DNA of 64,000 nucleotides from Candidatus Omnitrophota bacterium (lineage in GTDB: Bacteria; Omnitrophota; Gorgyraeia; Tantalellales; Tantalellaceae). The position numbers and the translations under genes are program-made. Below the pieces are notes generated by a model that made no database searches, was not told the DNA's origin, and saw nothing but the letters and a program-made list of their open reading frames with translations. Shown here piece by piece: positions 26,056 through 37,100 of this stretch (its first letter is position 1; the number at the start of each line of letters is the position of its first letter). The stretch lies in NCBI GenBank assembly GCA_035403965.1, contig DAONGE010000003.1, forward strand, positions 17,860-81,859, read 5' to 3'.

Positions 26056-27475
26056 AGACGTTAAGGCATTTTTAAAAACAGCACGAAGATCTTCGGAGTA
26101 CAGGCCGGTCACGGAAAGAGTTTCGGACTATAAAGACGTGGTTATCGCGCGGCCGGATGATTCTTCAAAGGAACAGGCATCCCGATGTATGGACTGTGGT
26201 ACGCCGTTTTGCCACTGGGGATGTCCGTTAGGGAATGTTATCCCGGAATGGAACGATCTTGTTATGTCCGGGAAATGGCAGAAAGCTTTTGATCTGCTCC
26301 GTGCTACGAATAATTTCCCCGAGATAACCGGCAGGGTTTGTCCGGCGTTGTGTGAAGCGGCGTGTGTTTTGGGTCTTAACGATGAACCGGTGACGGTCCG
26401 GGAGAACGAACTGGCCGTTATTGAATATGCGTTCAAGACAGGATATATCAAGCCGCGTAATATCAATAACAGAACTGGTAAAAAAGTGGCCGTTGTTGGA
26501 TCGGGGCCGGCGGGGCTCGCATGTGCGGATGAACTGAATGCAATGGGACACTCTGTTACCGTATTCGAAAGGGATGCGAAGGCCGGCGGCTTTATGAGAT
26601 ATGGTATTCCGGATTTTAAACTGGAAAAATGGATACTGGATAGGCGCGTTGATCTTATGGAAAAAGAAGGCGTTGAGTTTGTCTTCGGTACTAGTGTAGG
26701 TAGCGATAAATATAAAACCGAAAAATTGCTAAAAGGTTTTGACGCTGTATGTCTTGCCTGTGGATCACGAACTCCGAGGGATATCAATATCGACGGGAGA
26801 AATTCCAAAGGTATATATTTTGCGGTCGATTATCTTTCGCAGTCTAACCGGAAAGTATCGGGAGAAAATATTAGCGGAGAAATCATTGACGCGAAAGACA
26901 AAAAGGTCGTTGTGATAGGTGGGGGCGATACCGGATCGGATTGCGTGGGCACCGCAAATAGGCAAGGAGCGAAGTCTGTGCTGCAGATAGAAGTTATGCC
27001 TCAGCCGTCAGAATCCAGGGCATGCGATTATCCGTGGCCGTTGTATCCTTTGATACTCAGAACATCATCGAGCCATAAAGAGGGTGTTGAGCGGAAATGG
27101 TCCGTACTTACAAAACGTTTTTTTGCCGAGAATGGACATGTAAAAAAATTACAATGTGCGAATGTGCGGTTTATAAAAAACAGTACAACCGGTAATCTTG
27201 AAATGAAAGAAGTTCCGGGGACTGAATTCGATGTCGAAGCGGATCTTGTTGTGATCGCCGCTGGGTTTTTGCACACGGAAAAAACAGCTCTGATTTCAGA
27301 GATGAATTTGGCCCTTGATGCCAGGGGTAACGTGAAAACCGACGATAAATATAAAACCAGCTGCGATAAGGTGTTTTCTGCGGGGGATATGCGCCGGGGT
27401 CAGTCGCTTGTGGTCTGGGGCATATATGAAGGGCGTCAGGCGGCTAAGCGTATAGGCGAATATCTTGGGGAATGA
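26048..27475 (+). CDS. gltD: Glutamate synthase small subunit (NAD(P)H-dependent)
   Basis: The ATG at 26048 overlaps the gltB stop in an 'ATGGCTAA' arrangement. Two Fe-S Cys motifs 'CMDCGTPFCHWGCP' and 'CPALCEAAC' are present. FAD/NAD Rossmann motifs 'VAVVGSGPAGLACA' and 'VVVIGGGDTGSDC'. Confidence 0.9.
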   Translation: MAKDVKAFLKTARRSSEYRPVTERVSDYKDVVIARPDDSSKEQASRCMDCGTPFCHWGCPLGNVIPEWNDLVMSGKWQKAFDLLRATNNFPEITGRVCPALCEAACVLGLNDEPVTVRENELAVIEYAFKTGYIKPRNINNRTGKKVAVVGSGPAGLACADELNAMGHSVTVFERDAKAGGFMRYGIPDFKLEKWILDRRVDLMEKEGVEFVFGTSVGSDKYKTEKLLKGFDAVCLACGSRTPRDINIDGRNSKGIYFAVDYLSQSNRKVSGENISGEIIDAKDKKVVVIGGGDTGSDCVGTANRQGAKSVLQIEVMPQPSESRACDYPWPLYPLILRTSSSHKEGVERKWSVLTKRFFAENGHVKKLQCANVRFIKNSTTGNLEMKEVPGTEFDVEADLVVIAAGFLHTEKTALISEMNLALDARGNVKTDDKYKTSCDKVFSAGDMRRGQSLVVWGIYEGRQAAKRIGEYLGE

Positions 27476-27574
27476 TTTGTAAAATGTAACGATTTTTATT
27501 GTATTTTTTTGTGAATATGCTAACATTACAACAATTTTGCCGGAACATTTCTATGTGTATAGATGAGGAAATAA

Positions 27575-28671
27575 TGTATAGTGGGACAAGAGCTAAAATA
27601 GCGTTTGAGGATGGCAGGGTATTTGAGGGTTTTTCTTTCGGCGCCGATGGAGAGAAAAGCGGTGAGATAGTTTTTAACACAAGTATTTCCGGTTATCAGG
27701 AGATCCTTACTGATCCTTCATATAAAGGGCAGATCGTGACTATGACATATCCTCTTATCGGCAATTATGGTGTTAATGCCGAGGATGTGGAATCTAGGGG
27801 TATCTCGGCCGAGGGTTTTGTTGTCCGCGAATATAGTAAGGTCAGGTCTAACTGGCGTTCCTCCGAAAGTCTTTCAGATTATCTAAAACGAAATAACATT
27901 ATGGGGATCGAGGACGTGGATACACGCGCGATAACCCGTCATCTGCGTATAAAGGGTTCGTTGAAGGCCGTACTTTCCACTGTTGATCTGGATGACGCGA
28001 GCCTTGTAAAGAAAGCTAAAAATTCTGTTTCTCTTGTAGGCCGGGATCTCGTCAGGGACGTCACGTGTACGAAAAACTATAAATGGAGCGATACCGGAAA
28101 ATACAAAATAGCCGTTCTGGATTGCGGAGTGAAATATAATATGCTCAGGGAACTGGCCGCCAGGGATTGTCAGGTTACGGTGTTTCCGGCCGGGGTGCAG
28201 ATGTCGGATATAAAAGACTATAACCCCGATGGGATACTTCTTTCCAACGGTCCCGGTGATCCGGAAGGCGCGCCGTATGTTTTCAATATGGTACGTGAAT
28301 TTCTTGGGAAAGTTCCGATATTCGGTATTTGTCTTGGACATCAGATGCTGGGATTAGCGCTTGGCGGGAAAACATATAAATTGAAATTTGGGCATCATGG
28401 AGGGAATCACCCTGTGAAGGATATGCGGACCGGAAAGGTGAGCATAACTTCACAGAACCATAATTTTTGTGTCGATGTGGATTCTGTAAAAGACAAAGGT
28501 GTCGAGATAACGCATATAAACCTGAACGATAATACGGTGGAAGGGATGGAAAGCGAAAAACTCGGATTTTTCAGCGTTCAGTTCCATCCGGAAGCGGCTC
28601 CGGGGCCGAATGACGCGAATTATCTTTTTGATAGATTTGTTGATAACGTAAAAAAGAAGAAATATGCCTAA
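27575..28671 (+). CDS. carA: Carbamoyl-phosphate synthase small (glutaminase) subunit
   Basis: Aligns to CarA from '[36 protein letters not shown]'. Catalytic 'GICLGHQ' is present. The start is ATG at 27575 after 'gatgaggaa'. The ORF track's upstream extension to 27499 has no counterpart in CarA. Confidence 0.88.
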
Positions 28672-31600
28672 ACGAACAGATATAAAAAGTGTGTTGGTGA
28701 TTGGAGCAGGTCCGATAATAATCGGTCAGGCCTGCGAATTCGACTATTCCGGCGCCCAGGCTTGTAAAGCTTTGCGCCAGGAAGGGTATAAGGTCATACT
28801 GGTTAACTCAAATCCCGCGACTATCATGACCGATCCCGAAATGGCCGATAGAACCTATATTGAGCCAGTAACCCCTGAAACGGTGGAAAAGATAATCGAG
28901 AAAGAAAGACCGGATGCGGTCCTTCCTACACTTGGGGGACAGACCGGACTTAATACGGCGATGAAGCTCTGCGAAATGGGCGTTTTTGAAAAATATAACG
29001 TGAAGATGCTGGCCGCGAACTATGATGTGATCAAAAAAGCCGAGGACCGGGAATGTTTCAAGAAGGCCATGCTGAAGATCGGGCTTGATGTGCCGAAAAG
29101 TGATCGCGCGAATACGATAGATGAGGCGGTCGGTGTGGCGAAAGCTATAGGATTTCCGCTTATTATCAGACCGAGCTATACACTTGGCGGTACCGGCGGC
29201 GGGATAGCTACGAATATGGAAGAATTTCTTGATATCGCTTCGAACGGTCTTAGAAGTAGTATGGTAAGCGAGATCCTGATAGAGGAATCTATCGTCGGTT
29301 GGAAAGAGTATGAACTTGAGGTAATGCGTGATAAAAAAGATAATGTTGTGATAGTCTGTTCGATCGAGAATTTAGACCCAATGGGAGTGCATACAGGCGA
29401 CAGCATAACGGTCGCGCCGCAGCAGACGCTCTCCGACAGGGAATATCAGAAAATGCGCGACGCATCGATCGCGATCATGCGCGAGATAGGCGTTGAGACC
29501 GGCGGATCGAACGTGCAATTCGCGGTGAACCCGGTTGACGGTCGCATGGTGATCATAGAAATGAATCCGAGGGTGTCGCGCAGCTCGGCTCTCGCGAGTA
29601 AAGCGACAGGTTTTCCGATAGCGAAGTTCGCGGCGAAATTAGCCGTGGGATATACGCTGGACGAACTTTTTAACGATATTACCAGAAAAACACCGGCATG
29701 TTTTGAGCCGACCATAGATTATTGTGTCGTAAAGATCCCGCGTTTTACATTTGAAAAATTTCCGAAGGCTGATCCTACGCTTGGGATATCCATGAAGTCT
29801 GTAGGAGAGACGATGGCCATAGGCCGGACTTTCAAAGAAGCGCTGCAGAAAGGTCTTAGAGGACTTGAGACCGGTAAATCGGGTTTTGATGATATAAAAA
29901 AATACGCAGTGCTTACGGACGGCGAGCTTGACGGTTTTCTGAAAAGACCGAACGCCGACAGGATGTTCTATCTTAAAGAAGCAATGCGCCGGGAATATAA
30001 GCTTAGCAGAATATTCGAGCTTACAAAGATCGATAGTTGGTTCCTGTATAATCTGAAAGAGATCGTTGATTTCGAGGGGATACTTTCGTCCGGATTGAAA
30101 AATAAAACCGTTGATGATCTTCGCAAGGATCCGGAAACGCGAACGCTCTTAAGGCAGGCTAAACGTATGGGGTTCAGCGATGCGCAGATCGCGAGAATGA
30201 CGAATGTAGACGAAACGGAGATAAGGGCGCTCAGAAAATCCATGGGGATCCGTGCCGCGTATAAGCTGGTTGATACCTGCGCCGCTGAATTTGAGGCGTA
30301 TACGCCGTATTATTACTCGACATATGAAGACGAATGCGAAGCCGTACCATCGGAGAAAAAGAAGATTATGATACTGGGCGGCGGGCCGAACAGAATAGGA
30401 CAGGGGATTGAGTTCGATTACTGCTGTTGTCACGCCTCGTTCGCGTTGAAAGAACTGGGTTATGAAACTATCATGGTGAATTCTAACCCGGAAACGGTCA
30501 GTACTGATTACGATACGTCCGATAAACTGTATTTTGAGCCACTTACGTTTGAGGACGTAATGAATATCGTGGACAAGGAAAATCCCGACGGGGTTATTGT
30601 GCAGTTCGGCGGACAGACGCCGCTTAATCTTTCGGCTAAGCTTAAAAAAGCCGGAGTGCCTATAATCGGGACATCAGTAGAATCTATCGCGCTTGCCGAA
30701 GACAGGGAACTTTTTAAACAGATGCTGAATAAATTAAAACTGAAACAGCCGTCTAACGATACGGCCACTGGCGTAGAAGAAGCGGCACGCAAAGCGGAGA
30801 TCATAGGTTATCCGGTGGTTGTGCGTCCGTCGTTCGTTCTGGGCGGTCGCGCGATGAGGATAGTATACGATAGAGCTTCGCTTGATAAATTCATCGAAAT
30901 CGCCGTCGAAGTGTCTCCGGGGCACCCGATACTGTTGGATAAATTTCTGCAAAACGCGATAGAAGTGGATGTCGATGCGATAGCCGACGGTGAAGATGTG
31001 ATAGTCAGTGGCATAATGGAACATATCGAAGAAGCCGGAATACATTCCGGAGACTCAGCTTGTGTTCTTCCGCCGCACACTTTGGGTGAGAGTATTGTCG
31101 AAGAGATCAGACGCCAGACCGTGCTTCTTGCGAAGGCCCTGGATACAAAGGGTCTTATGAACATACAGTTCGCCGTGCAGGGGAGCGATATCTATATACT
31201 TGAAGTGAATCCCCGTGCGTCGAGGACCGTTCCGTTTGTTTCAAAAGCTACCGGTGTGCCGCTTGCCAAAATAGCGGCGAAGATAATGGCGGGGAAGAAG
31301 ATAAAAGAGCTTAATGTGAAAGACCCGATGAAAGGGCTTAATTATACAAGTGTTAAGGAATCGGTCCTTCCGTTTAATCGTTTTTCCGGAGTCGATATTC
31401 TTTTGGGCCCGGAGATGATGTCTACCGGTGAGGTTATGGGGATCTCCGGTAATTTCAGCAACGCGTTTTATAAAGCCGAGGACGGTGCTGGACAGAAACT
31501 TCCGCTTAAAGGTAAAGTGTTCATATCCGTTCAGGACAGTGACAAACGGAATATTCTATTCATCGCGAAGGAACTTCATGATATGGGTTTTGAACTTGTC

Positions 31601-31918
31601 GCCACCGCGGGAACGGCGAAGATACTTAAAAATAACAACATGAAGGTTATTGTGGTAAAAAAGATGCATGAGGGCGGAGAAAGCGTTATGGATATGGTTA
31701 TGAAGGGCGAGATAGCGCTTATAATCAATACGACGGCGCCGAATAATCCTCCTTATTATGAGGATGCGGCGGCGATACGCAGTAAAGCTATCATGAGGGG
31801 AATACCCTGCATAACCACGCTTTTCGGAGCCCAGGCTTCGGTCAGCGGCATCGGAGCACGACTTAAATCGGATATTACCGTTAAATCTATTCAGGAGTAT
31901 TACGCAGAACGGGCATAA
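28664..31918 (+). CDS. carB: Carbamoyl-phosphate synthase large subunit
   Basis: 1084 aa, with duplicated ATP-grasp halves. '[21 protein letters not shown]' and the second copy '[20 protein letters not shown]' are present. An MGS-like C-terminal domain follows. Confidence 0.95.
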   Translation: MPKRTDIKSVLVIGAGPIIIGQACEFDYSGAQACKALRQEGYKVILVNSNPATIMTDPEMADRTYIEPVTPETVEKIIEKERPDAVLPTLGGQTGLNTAMKLCEMGVFEKYNVKMLAANYDVIKKAEDRECFKKAMLKIGLDVPKSDRANTIDEAVGVAKAIGFPLIIRPSYTLGGTGGGIATNMEEFLDIASNGLRSSMVSEILIEESIVGWKEYELEVMRDKKDNVVIVCSIENLDPMGVHTGDSITVAPQQTLSDREYQKMRDASIAIMREIGVETGGSNVQFAVNPVDGRMVIIEMNPRVSRSSALASKATGFPIAKFAAKLAVGYTLDELFNDITRKTPACFEPTIDYCVVKIPRFTFEKFPKADPTLGISMKSVGETMAIGRTFKEALQKGLRGLETGKSGFDDIKKYAVLTDGELDGFLKRPNADRMFYLKEAMRREYKLSRIFELTKIDSWFLYNLKEIVDFEGILSSGLKNKTVDDLRKDPETRTLLRQAKRMGFSDAQIARMTNVDETEIRALRKSMGIRAAYKLVDTCAAEFEAYTPYYYSTYEDECEAVPSEKKKIMILGGGPNRIGQGIEFDYCCCHASFALKELGYETIMVNSNPETVSTDYDTSDKLYFEPLTFEDVMNIVDKENPDGVIVQFGGQTPLNLSAKLKKAGVPIIGTSVESIALAEDRELFKQMLNKLKLKQPSNDTATGVEEAARKAEIIGYPVVVRPSFVLGGRAMRIVYDRASLDKFIEIAVEVSPGHPILLDKFLQNAIEVDVDAIADGEDVIVSGIMEHIEEAGIHSGDSACVLPPHTLGESIVEEIRRQTVLLAKALDTKGLMNIQFAVQGSDIYILEVNPRASRTVPFVSKATGVPLAKIAAKIMAGKKIKELNVKDPMKGLNYTSVKESVLPFNRFSGVDILLGPEMMSTGEVMGISGNFSNAFYKAEDGAGQKLPLKGKVFISVQDSDKRNILFIAKELHDMGFELVATAGTAKILKNNNMKVIVVKKMHEGGESVMDMVMKGEIALIINTTAPNNPPYYEDAAAIRSKAIMRGIPCITTLFGAQASVSGIGARLKSDITVKSIQEYYAERA

Positions 31919-31935
31919 TGCCCGGGAGGGGAAGT

Positions 31936-33555
31936 ATGGCAAAGTCCGGAAAACCTAAATATATTTTTGTTACGGGCGGGGTTGTGTCCAGCCTCGGCAA
32001 AGGGATAGCTTCGGCGTGCATCGGGCGGCTCATGGAGTGGAACGGATACAAAATAGCTATCTTGAAATGCGATCCTTATATAAACGTTGATCCGGGAACA
32101 ATGAACCCATTTCAGCACGGCGAAGTGTATGTTACGGATGACGGCGCCGAGACAGATCTCGATCTGGGACATTACTACCGTTATACGAATTCAAATCTTT
32201 CTAAGAACAGTAACATCACTACCGGAAAAGTCTATCTGAACGTTATCCAGAAAGAACGTCGCGGTGACTTCTTGGGGAATACAGTTCAGGTCATCCCGCA
32301 TATTACGAATGAAATCAAAGACCAGATACGTCTTCTTGAAAAAGACCGTATGGTCGATATCATCATCGTCGAAGTCGGCGGTACCGTTGGGGATATCGAA
32401 GGCCTGCCTTATCTGGAAGCGATAAGACAGATGAAGAACGAGGAAGGTTGGGGCAACGCTATTAATGTCCACCTAACCCTTATCCCATATGTTGCGGCGG
32501 CTGGAGAGATAAAGACGAAACCTACGCAGCATTCCGTCGGCAAACTGAGGGAGATCGGTATACAGCCCGAAATACTTCTGGTGAGGACGCAGAAGCCTGT
32601 CGAAGATAAGGAAAAAGCCAAGATCGCGTTATTCTGCAATGTCCAGAAAGAATGCGTTATCGAGGCGCGGGATGTGGACGATATTTACAAGATCCCGCTT
32701 ATGTTCAAAGAGAACGGTCTCGATAAAACTATTCTTGCTCATTTGCATCTTAAACCTGCAAAAAAAATGAATACGTCCGGATGGGAAAAGATAATAAATA
32801 TACGCAAGTCGGCTAAAAAGATCGTTCGGATCGCCGTTGTGGGGAAGTATATCACGTTGCAGGACGCCTACAAATCCATCGACGAATCGCTTTCTCATGC
32901 CGCGATAGCGAATAACGTAAAACTTGAAGTAGTTAAGATGGAATCGGATAAACTTGAAAATATGAGTGAAGGCGAAATAAAAAAGGCCTTCAAAGGCATA
33001 TCCGGTATCCTTGTTCCAGGCGGTTTCGGTGTGAGGGGAATAGAGGGGAAAGTGCGCGCGGTAAAATATGCCCGTGAAAATAAGATCCCGTTCTTCGGTA
33101 TTTGTCTTGGGATGCAGATCGCGGTGATAGAGTTTGCCAGAAATATCTGTGGTTTTAAAGAGGCGAATTCGACTGAATTTGAGCCAAAAACGGCGTATCC
33201 GGTGATATCGCTTTTGAGCGAGCAGAAAAATGTTAAGGATATGGGCGGGACCATGCGCCTCGGGCAGTATGCCTGTAAGCTTAAATCGGGATCGCTTGCC
33301 AGAAAGGCATACGGTGCCGAAATAATATTTGAACGGCACAGACATAGATATGAATTCAACAGTGAGTTTGAACCGGAACTTTCCAAAAACGGCCTTACGA
33401 TAACCGGATTTAATCCCGGGCCGGATCTTGTTGAAATAGTGGAAATAAAGGATCATCCGTGGTTTGTGGCTTGTCAATTCCATCCGGAATTCAAGTCAAA
33501 ACCGGACAACGTCCATCCTCTTTTCAGGGATTTTGTCAAAGCCGCGTCGCGCTGA
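31936..33555 (+). CDS. pyrG: CTP synthase
   Basis: 'KYIFVTGGVVSSLGKGIASA' at the N-terminus. The C-terminal GATase carries 'GICLGMQ'. ATG at 31936 follows 'gggagggg'. Confidence 0.95.
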   Translation: MAKSGKPKYIFVTGGVVSSLGKGIASACIGRLMEWNGYKIAILKCDPYINVDPGTMNPFQHGEVYVTDDGAETDLDLGHYYRYTNSNLSKNSNITTGKVYLNVIQKERRGDFLGNTVQVIPHITNEIKDQIRLLEKDRMVDIIIVEVGGTVGDIEGLPYLEAIRQMKNEEGWGNAINVHLTLIPYVAAAGEIKTKPTQHSVGKLREIGIQPEILLVRTQKPVEDKEKAKIALFCNVQKECVIEARDVDDIYKIPLMFKENGLDKTILAHLHLKPAKKMNTSGWEKIINIRKSAKKIVRIAVVGKYITLQDAYKSIDESLSHAAIANNVKLEVVKMESDKLENMSEGEIKKAFKGISGILVPGGFGVRGIEGKVRAVKYARENKIPFFGICLGMQIAVIEFARNICGFKEANSTEFEPKTAYPVISLLSEQKNVKDMGGTMRLGQYACKLKSGSLARKAYGAEIIFERHRHRYEFNSEFEPELSKNGLTITGFNPGPDLVEIVEIKDHPWFVACQFHPEFKSKPDNVHPLFRDFVKAASR

Positions 33556-33604
33556 GGATCTAAGGGGAAAATTTTTTTTGAGTGTGAAGTCTTCTGTTGT
33601 TCAT

Positions 33605-33653
33605 ACGATTTCTTCATTCGGAGAAGCTTGTGTTCTTTCTACCGTGGACGCTC
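33605..33653 (+). repeat. Repeat family A copy 2
   Basis: 'acgatttcttcattcggagaagcttgtgttctttctaccgtggacgctc' matches 7669..7717. It lies directly upstream of MITE-like copy 2. Confidence 0.7.
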
Positions 33654-33660
33654 AATTCAT

Positions 33661-33752
33661 GTCATGCCCGAATGCTTCTATCGGGCATCCATAACATTAA
33701 AATCATCTCATTTTTATTTCATAGATTCCCGCTAAAAGCATGCGGGAATGAC
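33661..33752. mobile_element. MITE-like hairpin element (family B), copy 2
   Basis: Matches copy 1 (13561..13652) with about 8 substitutions. The loop substitutions keep both hairpins intact. Confidence 0.7.
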
Positions 33753-33766
33753 ATTACATGTTTTTT

Positions 33767-33787
33767 GGGGCGGGGAAACCCCGCCCC
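33767..33787. repeat. Perfect GC palindrome 'ggggcgggg aaa ccccgcccc'
   Basis: Read directly. It abuts the end of MITE-like copy 2. Confidence 0.6.
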
Positions 33788-34048
33788 TACGTAATCATCG
33801 AATTTCGAATCTCTACACATTTGTTATTGCAATGACGCTGTATATTCCCGCTTCCGCTATCGCTTTTTCTACAAAAGCCTACATATCTACGGCTGACTTT
33901 CTCCCCACCTGCAGGAAATTTACTCAAAAACTCGTTTGGAAGGGGAAGTGAGGATGCGCTTATGTTAGTATTTCAAAAATCCAGATATTCTGATTTGAAA
34001 CGTTGCATAATAATAGGCATATTTGTTAGTGTAACAAAAATATATATG

Positions 34049-34090
34049 CGCTTGCCCGAGAGATATGTCCGTAGTGGGCAAGATTTTTTA
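34049..34090 (+). terminator. Terminator-like hairpin plus U-tract about 30 nt upstream of the giant ORF
   Basis: 'cttgcccgagagatatgtccgtagtgggcaag' followed by 'atttttta'. Confidence 0.4.
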
Positions 34091-34115
34091 TGCCCCATTA
34101 TTTAAAAGATTATAA

Positions 34116-37100
34116 ATGAGAGTAGATATGGGAAGATTAAGCAGGATGATAGACAGCGGGAAGGTGAAAACACTGTTCAAAAAGACGGTGTCTTCTATTG
34201 TGGCGTTTACTTTTCTTGCTACTAGTTTCTATTACGATAATGCCCAGGCTTCAAATATCAGTATGCCAGTCGTAGCGGTCGACAGTAACCCGGTAAATTC
34301 TTCAACAAATAATATACAGAGAATCCTTGATCCCAAAACATTTACTTTGCCGGAGAACTTGGGAAAGGTTGTCGATTCATGGGCAGTGAAAGATGCCCTT
34401 AAGAACGGCGACGCGAAACTTGTTATCTACATTCAGGACGCGCATTGTAACTACGGCGCGCAGAATTCCATTTCCGAGATCATCGATCTGCTCAATAAAG
34501 AATATTCCGTGAACATGGTCAATCTTGAAGGAGGAACAGGCGATTATGATCTTTCGGTTTTTACGGATATCAAGGATAAGGCGATCCGCGCCAAGGTAGC
34601 GGATTATTTTGAGAAAGAGGGGATACTGAGCGGCGCGGAATCGTTCGCCGCAAATAATCCCGAAAAGGTATCGCTCTGGGGGCTGGAAAACACCGAACTT
34701 TATATCAAAAATCTAAATGTCTATCGCGATTCGCTTACATATAAAAACGAGGCTGAAGGCTATATAAAAGCGATAAGTCGCGATCTTTCTGCGCTGAAAA
34801 CGAAGATTTACTCGCCGGAATTGCTGTCTCTGGATATGAAATACACGGCGTATAAAGCGGGGAATGCGGATCTAAAGACATATCTTCTTGGGTTAACTGA
34901 GACGGCTAAGAATGAGGGTATAAACCTTAAGTCCTATCCGAATATTTTCTTTATGATCCAGACTCTGGCTCTTGAGAACACTATCAATTTCAAAAGGGCC
35001 GAGACCGAACGAAGTATCCTGGTGGATGAATTGAGCAAAAAACTGCCGAAAAGCAGGATGGAAGACCTCGCCGCTAAAACTATTGAGTTCAGGTCAGGAA
35101 AAGTGTCGCAAAGGTATTTTTATGCGTATCTGCTGGACGAAGCGAAGATGATAAATCTTGAGATCGACACCTTCGGCGAACTCAAGAAATATATGCTTTA
35201 TATCGAGATCTTCGATGCCGTGGATAAGTCGAGAATCATGGATGAGATGGAAGGACTTGAGAACGCGGTGCGTGCAAGTATCTACACGAACGATGATGAA
35301 CGCTCTCTTAATACGCTTTCAAAGAACCTTATCCTTCTTAAGAATATGTTCAATATCTCGTTCACCCGGAGCGATCACAAATATTACAAGGACAACGCCA
35401 AGGGTTTCGCCGCGGAAGGGTTCATCTCGTTCATAAAAACGGAATCCCCGAAGTACGGGATAACCCCGTCGGCGGACGAAAAAGCCCTCGCGCTCGATAA
35501 ATTCCGCGAAGAGATATCCTGTTTTTATGAATATTCGTTCGCGAGGGACGAGGTGTTCATAAAAAACATAAAGATGAACGCTACTCCCTCCGCTAATGCT
35601 AAATGCGCGGTTATGGTAAGCGGCGGTTTCCATTCCGAGAACATGTATGAACTTTTCCGGAAGAACAATATATCGTACATATCGATAATGCCTAATTTTA
35701 AGAATTGCGACGGGTATGAATGCCCGTATTTCGATCTCTTGGGCGGTAAATACGGTAAGGTGCTGAACGCCCTTTCCGGTAGTGCGACATCGAATTTGGC
35801 GTTGTTTAGTTTCTTCTGTAAAGATGCATCGACGGTGGTCAACGGGGAGATGACGGAGGCTGGGGTTAAGACATGGTCGGTTCTTGTAAGGGCTATGTTT
35901 GAGTCCGATCTTTCAAAGGGACCGGTCGAGGTCAAAGGTGAAGGGGATAATGTTGGATACGTTATCGGTGGAGAGCCTGACCCTAATAACGAAAGCATTA
36001 CTCTCGATATGGACGGGAGACGAGTTCTGGTTCAGCGCGTAAAAACAGCCGAAAATATTTTATCTGCAACCGTCGCTGGAGATGTGGGAGCGAATGCTAA
36101 AAATGTTGGTATGAAGTCTGTCGCAACCCCGGATGATACGGAATTTTTATCATATTCTAAAATGACGCCAGAGGAATTGGATCGTGTCGAATCGGATCTT
36201 GTACAGAAAGTGCGTGGGTTATGTATGCGTCATGCCGGGCTGGCAGCTAGCGCATCCGATATTGACAATATTGCGGATATCTGTCGTAGCGTTTTATGGC
36301 TTGATGTTTATTTGACAGACAGGAAAGAGGTCGAGCGGGAGTTTTTAGAATCGTTTGATCTCATTACCCAGATATTTCATGGGAATCAGATATTAGAGCT
36401 TTTGGTGTCAGTGCTTCGTTTTGCCGATGAAGCGGAAAGAGGCAACGAGGATGCGGTGGAATTTGTGAAGAGTGTGGCAAAATTACAAGCGATCAACGAT
36501 GTTCCCAGTCAGGATGGCCGTTCGCAGACATTGCCATATTGTAAAAGTCGGAAGCCATATCTGGACATGGCGAGCGGACCGAATATTATATATTTCACAG
36601 CAGATATAAAGCAAAATGCCCAGGTTGAACACTATCTGGTGGATACTTCCTTGTTCGCGAATACATATCTCAAAATGGTCATGGCATTGAGAAATATTCA
36701 TAACGTAGAAGTGAAACAAGAAGATGTGCTGAATTTAAATTTCAAAGAGGGGAGTTTGGGCGCAGTTCGTCTGAAAAATTTATATACATATGTGCGAGAA
36801 CAGGTTTTAAAACAAATTGTCCAAAAATATGGCGAGGTGGATCTTGACTTCCACCTAAAAGAATATTGGGATGAATATTGGGATCGGGTGGCGGCTTGGC
36901 TTGAACCGGCGGCTATGGTCGATGGACATGTCCAAATCCGTGGACAGATATTTGTGCAGTCCGATTTGTCGGTGGGGCACCGGGCTAACATGGCTGAGAT
37001 CGTGCATGATATGTACGATGTGCTGGTTTCCCAAAAAGGCTGGGCGTTTGATTTTAAACTGGGGATTGATAAAGGTGGTTTTAGATATGATGTGCTTGAT

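Noticed and set aside
21556-27276. Multiple 80-230-aa antisense ORFs inside gltB/gltD (for example 21556..22089, 23053..23739, 26128..26808)
   Set aside because: All are antisense to the glutamate synthase genes, which are supported by long unmistakable motifs.
27476-27574. Possible PyrR-type attenuator or promoter between gltD and carA
   Set aside because: I could not find a PyrR binding loop or a convincing -35/-10 pair. The spacer is AT-rich but unstructured.
33767-33787. GGGGCGGGGaaaCCCCGCCCC as a Rho-independent terminator
   Set aside because: The T-run precedes the stem rather than following it, and there is no A-run on the other side. It therefore does not fit an intrinsic terminator on either strand. 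It is kept only as a palindrome.
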